From Sedimentisphaerales bacterium (GTDB taxonomy: Bacteria; Planctomycetota; Phycisphaerae; Sedimentisphaerales; SM23-30), in assembly GCA_963663805.2 (NCBI GenBank), contig CAXXMR010000027.1, forward strand, positions 1 through 64,000: DNA of 64,000 nt. Reading direction: 5' to 3'. The first letter of the stretch is position 1. Every line of letters starts with the position of its first letter. Below, one piece after another: positions 62,738 through 64,000 of this stretch. The notes under the pieces were generated by a model. It saw nothing but the letters and a program-made list of their open reading frames with translations. It ran no database searches and was not told the origin of the DNA. A program made the position numbers and the translations under genes.

Positions 62738-63961
62738 AGTGAGGGCCATATCGCGAAATTCTCCGGGTCCACCTGGTCGCAACTTGGCAGCGGGTTCAAT
62801 AATACGGTGTACGCCCTGGAATCCTGGGACGGCAAATTATACGCCGGGGGTTATTTCACGGCCAATGCTACAGATGAAAAAACATTGGCTCACCTGGCTG
62901 TTTATGACCCGGCGGAAGATGACTGGGCAACTCTTGGCGGCGGCCTGAATATCAAATACAGTGTACCGGTCCACGCCCTCAAGGGCCGCGCAGAAGGGCT
63001 ATATATTGGCGGCGATTTCGATTATATTGGGGGAGCACTGACTGCCAATTATCTGGCGGGCTATAATGAAGACGGCTGGTCGGAGATGTTGGCTTGTGAG
63101 GAAGGGATAACCATTACCGCTGGCCCATCTGAGACTGCTCTAACCAATGACGGGGTCTATGCCATCGGCAACTGGCGTGCATCTTATCCAACAGTTTATT
63201 ATCGCCTGGCCTGCTGGGATGGTGAAATCTGGAGTGCCATCGAGTCGGACTATACGCAGTTTAGAGGTATTGCCTCAGATGGCAGCAGTATGTTTGTAGG
63301 GACATATAGCGATATCACAGGTGAGTATCATGTCGCAGAATACAACGGGGCAAACTGGCAGGAGCTGGGCGGGATATTCAATCGAAATCCTCAGGCCCTA
63401 GCCGTAGCAAGTGATGGAACGGTATTTGCAGCTGCGAGCGGATCAATCGAAATTGACGGCGAAACAGGTTATAACTGTATCGCCCAGTGGTATGACAACC
63501 AATGGCTAAAACTCGGTTCCGGCCTGACAGGTAATTCTCCCCTGGCAAACGCTCTGGCCATTGATGATGATGACAATCTCTATGTCGGCGGGCGGTTCAC
63601 CCAAGCCGGGGTGGTAGATGCTCTAAATGTCTGCCTGCGGGAAGAAGATGGCATTTTAAGTAATCTGGGCGCAGGGCTTGATGGCACAGTTAAAGTATTA
63701 TTAGTGGATGAATCCACTATTATCGCCGGAGGTGATTTCAGCGGTCATGTAGCGGCTTACATTAATGAAGAATGGACTTATTTAGGTGCCGGGCTGGATG
63801 GTACGGTGCGGGCCTTGGCTGTTTGGGATGATAAGATTTACGCCGGGGGTAAATTTGAAACTTCCGGCGAAACAATCGTTAATAACATCGCGGTGTTTTC
63901 CGGCGGTAACTGGCAGGCTCTGGGGGCAGGTCTTACCCCCAATTTCTCACTTAAGGGGTAA
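62738..63961 (+). pseudogene. Beta-propeller repeat protein (W..LG.G...V.AL..LY.GG.F repeats), apparently 5'-truncated
   Basis: The repeat pattern continues in frame upstream of GTG 62807 (IAKFSGSTWSQLGSGFNNT) to a stop at 62735; no leader peptide. Confidence 0.6.
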
Positions 63962-64000
63962 AAAGTGGATTTTTGGCTCCTTCAGGGCTGTTGGTCTGTC

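Overview
The window is IS-rich. Its protein families (PEP-CTERM proteins, dockerin-like C-termini, an H-X9-DG prepilin-type protein) suggest a planctomycete host, probably Phycisphaerae; this is inference. From left to right: (1) 1-6522 is a decayed prophage stretch (helicase fragment, HicAB, Mom-like fragment) cut by IS66, IS200, IS21 and IS4 elements. (2) 6796-8868 holds core genes: a universal stress protein, a parvulin PPIase and tRNA-fMet. (3) About 8827-41000 is a tandem array of three related tyrosine-integrase elements inserted at the tRNA-fMet anticodon loop. Element 2 (23 kb) is a filamentous-phage (inovirus-like) prophage with Rep, ssDNA-binding protein, two coat-like genes, pIII/pVI-like genes, Zot/pI, TraX and a secretin, plus an IetAS-type defence module and surface-protein cargo. 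Element 1 (7.7 kb) looks like its phagemid-like satellite: integrase, Rep, the same structured non-coding region and analogous cargo, but no virion genes. Both rep genes contain an identical 64-bp candidate double-strand origin. Element 3 survives only as an integrase. (4) 41000-47740 holds nested IS elements, a truncated glycoside-hydrolase-like gene and a tailed-phage portal remnant. (5) 47764-64000 is a sialic-acid-type carbohydrate utilisation locus with a XylR-type regulator. All product calls come from motif recognition by eye; no searches were run.
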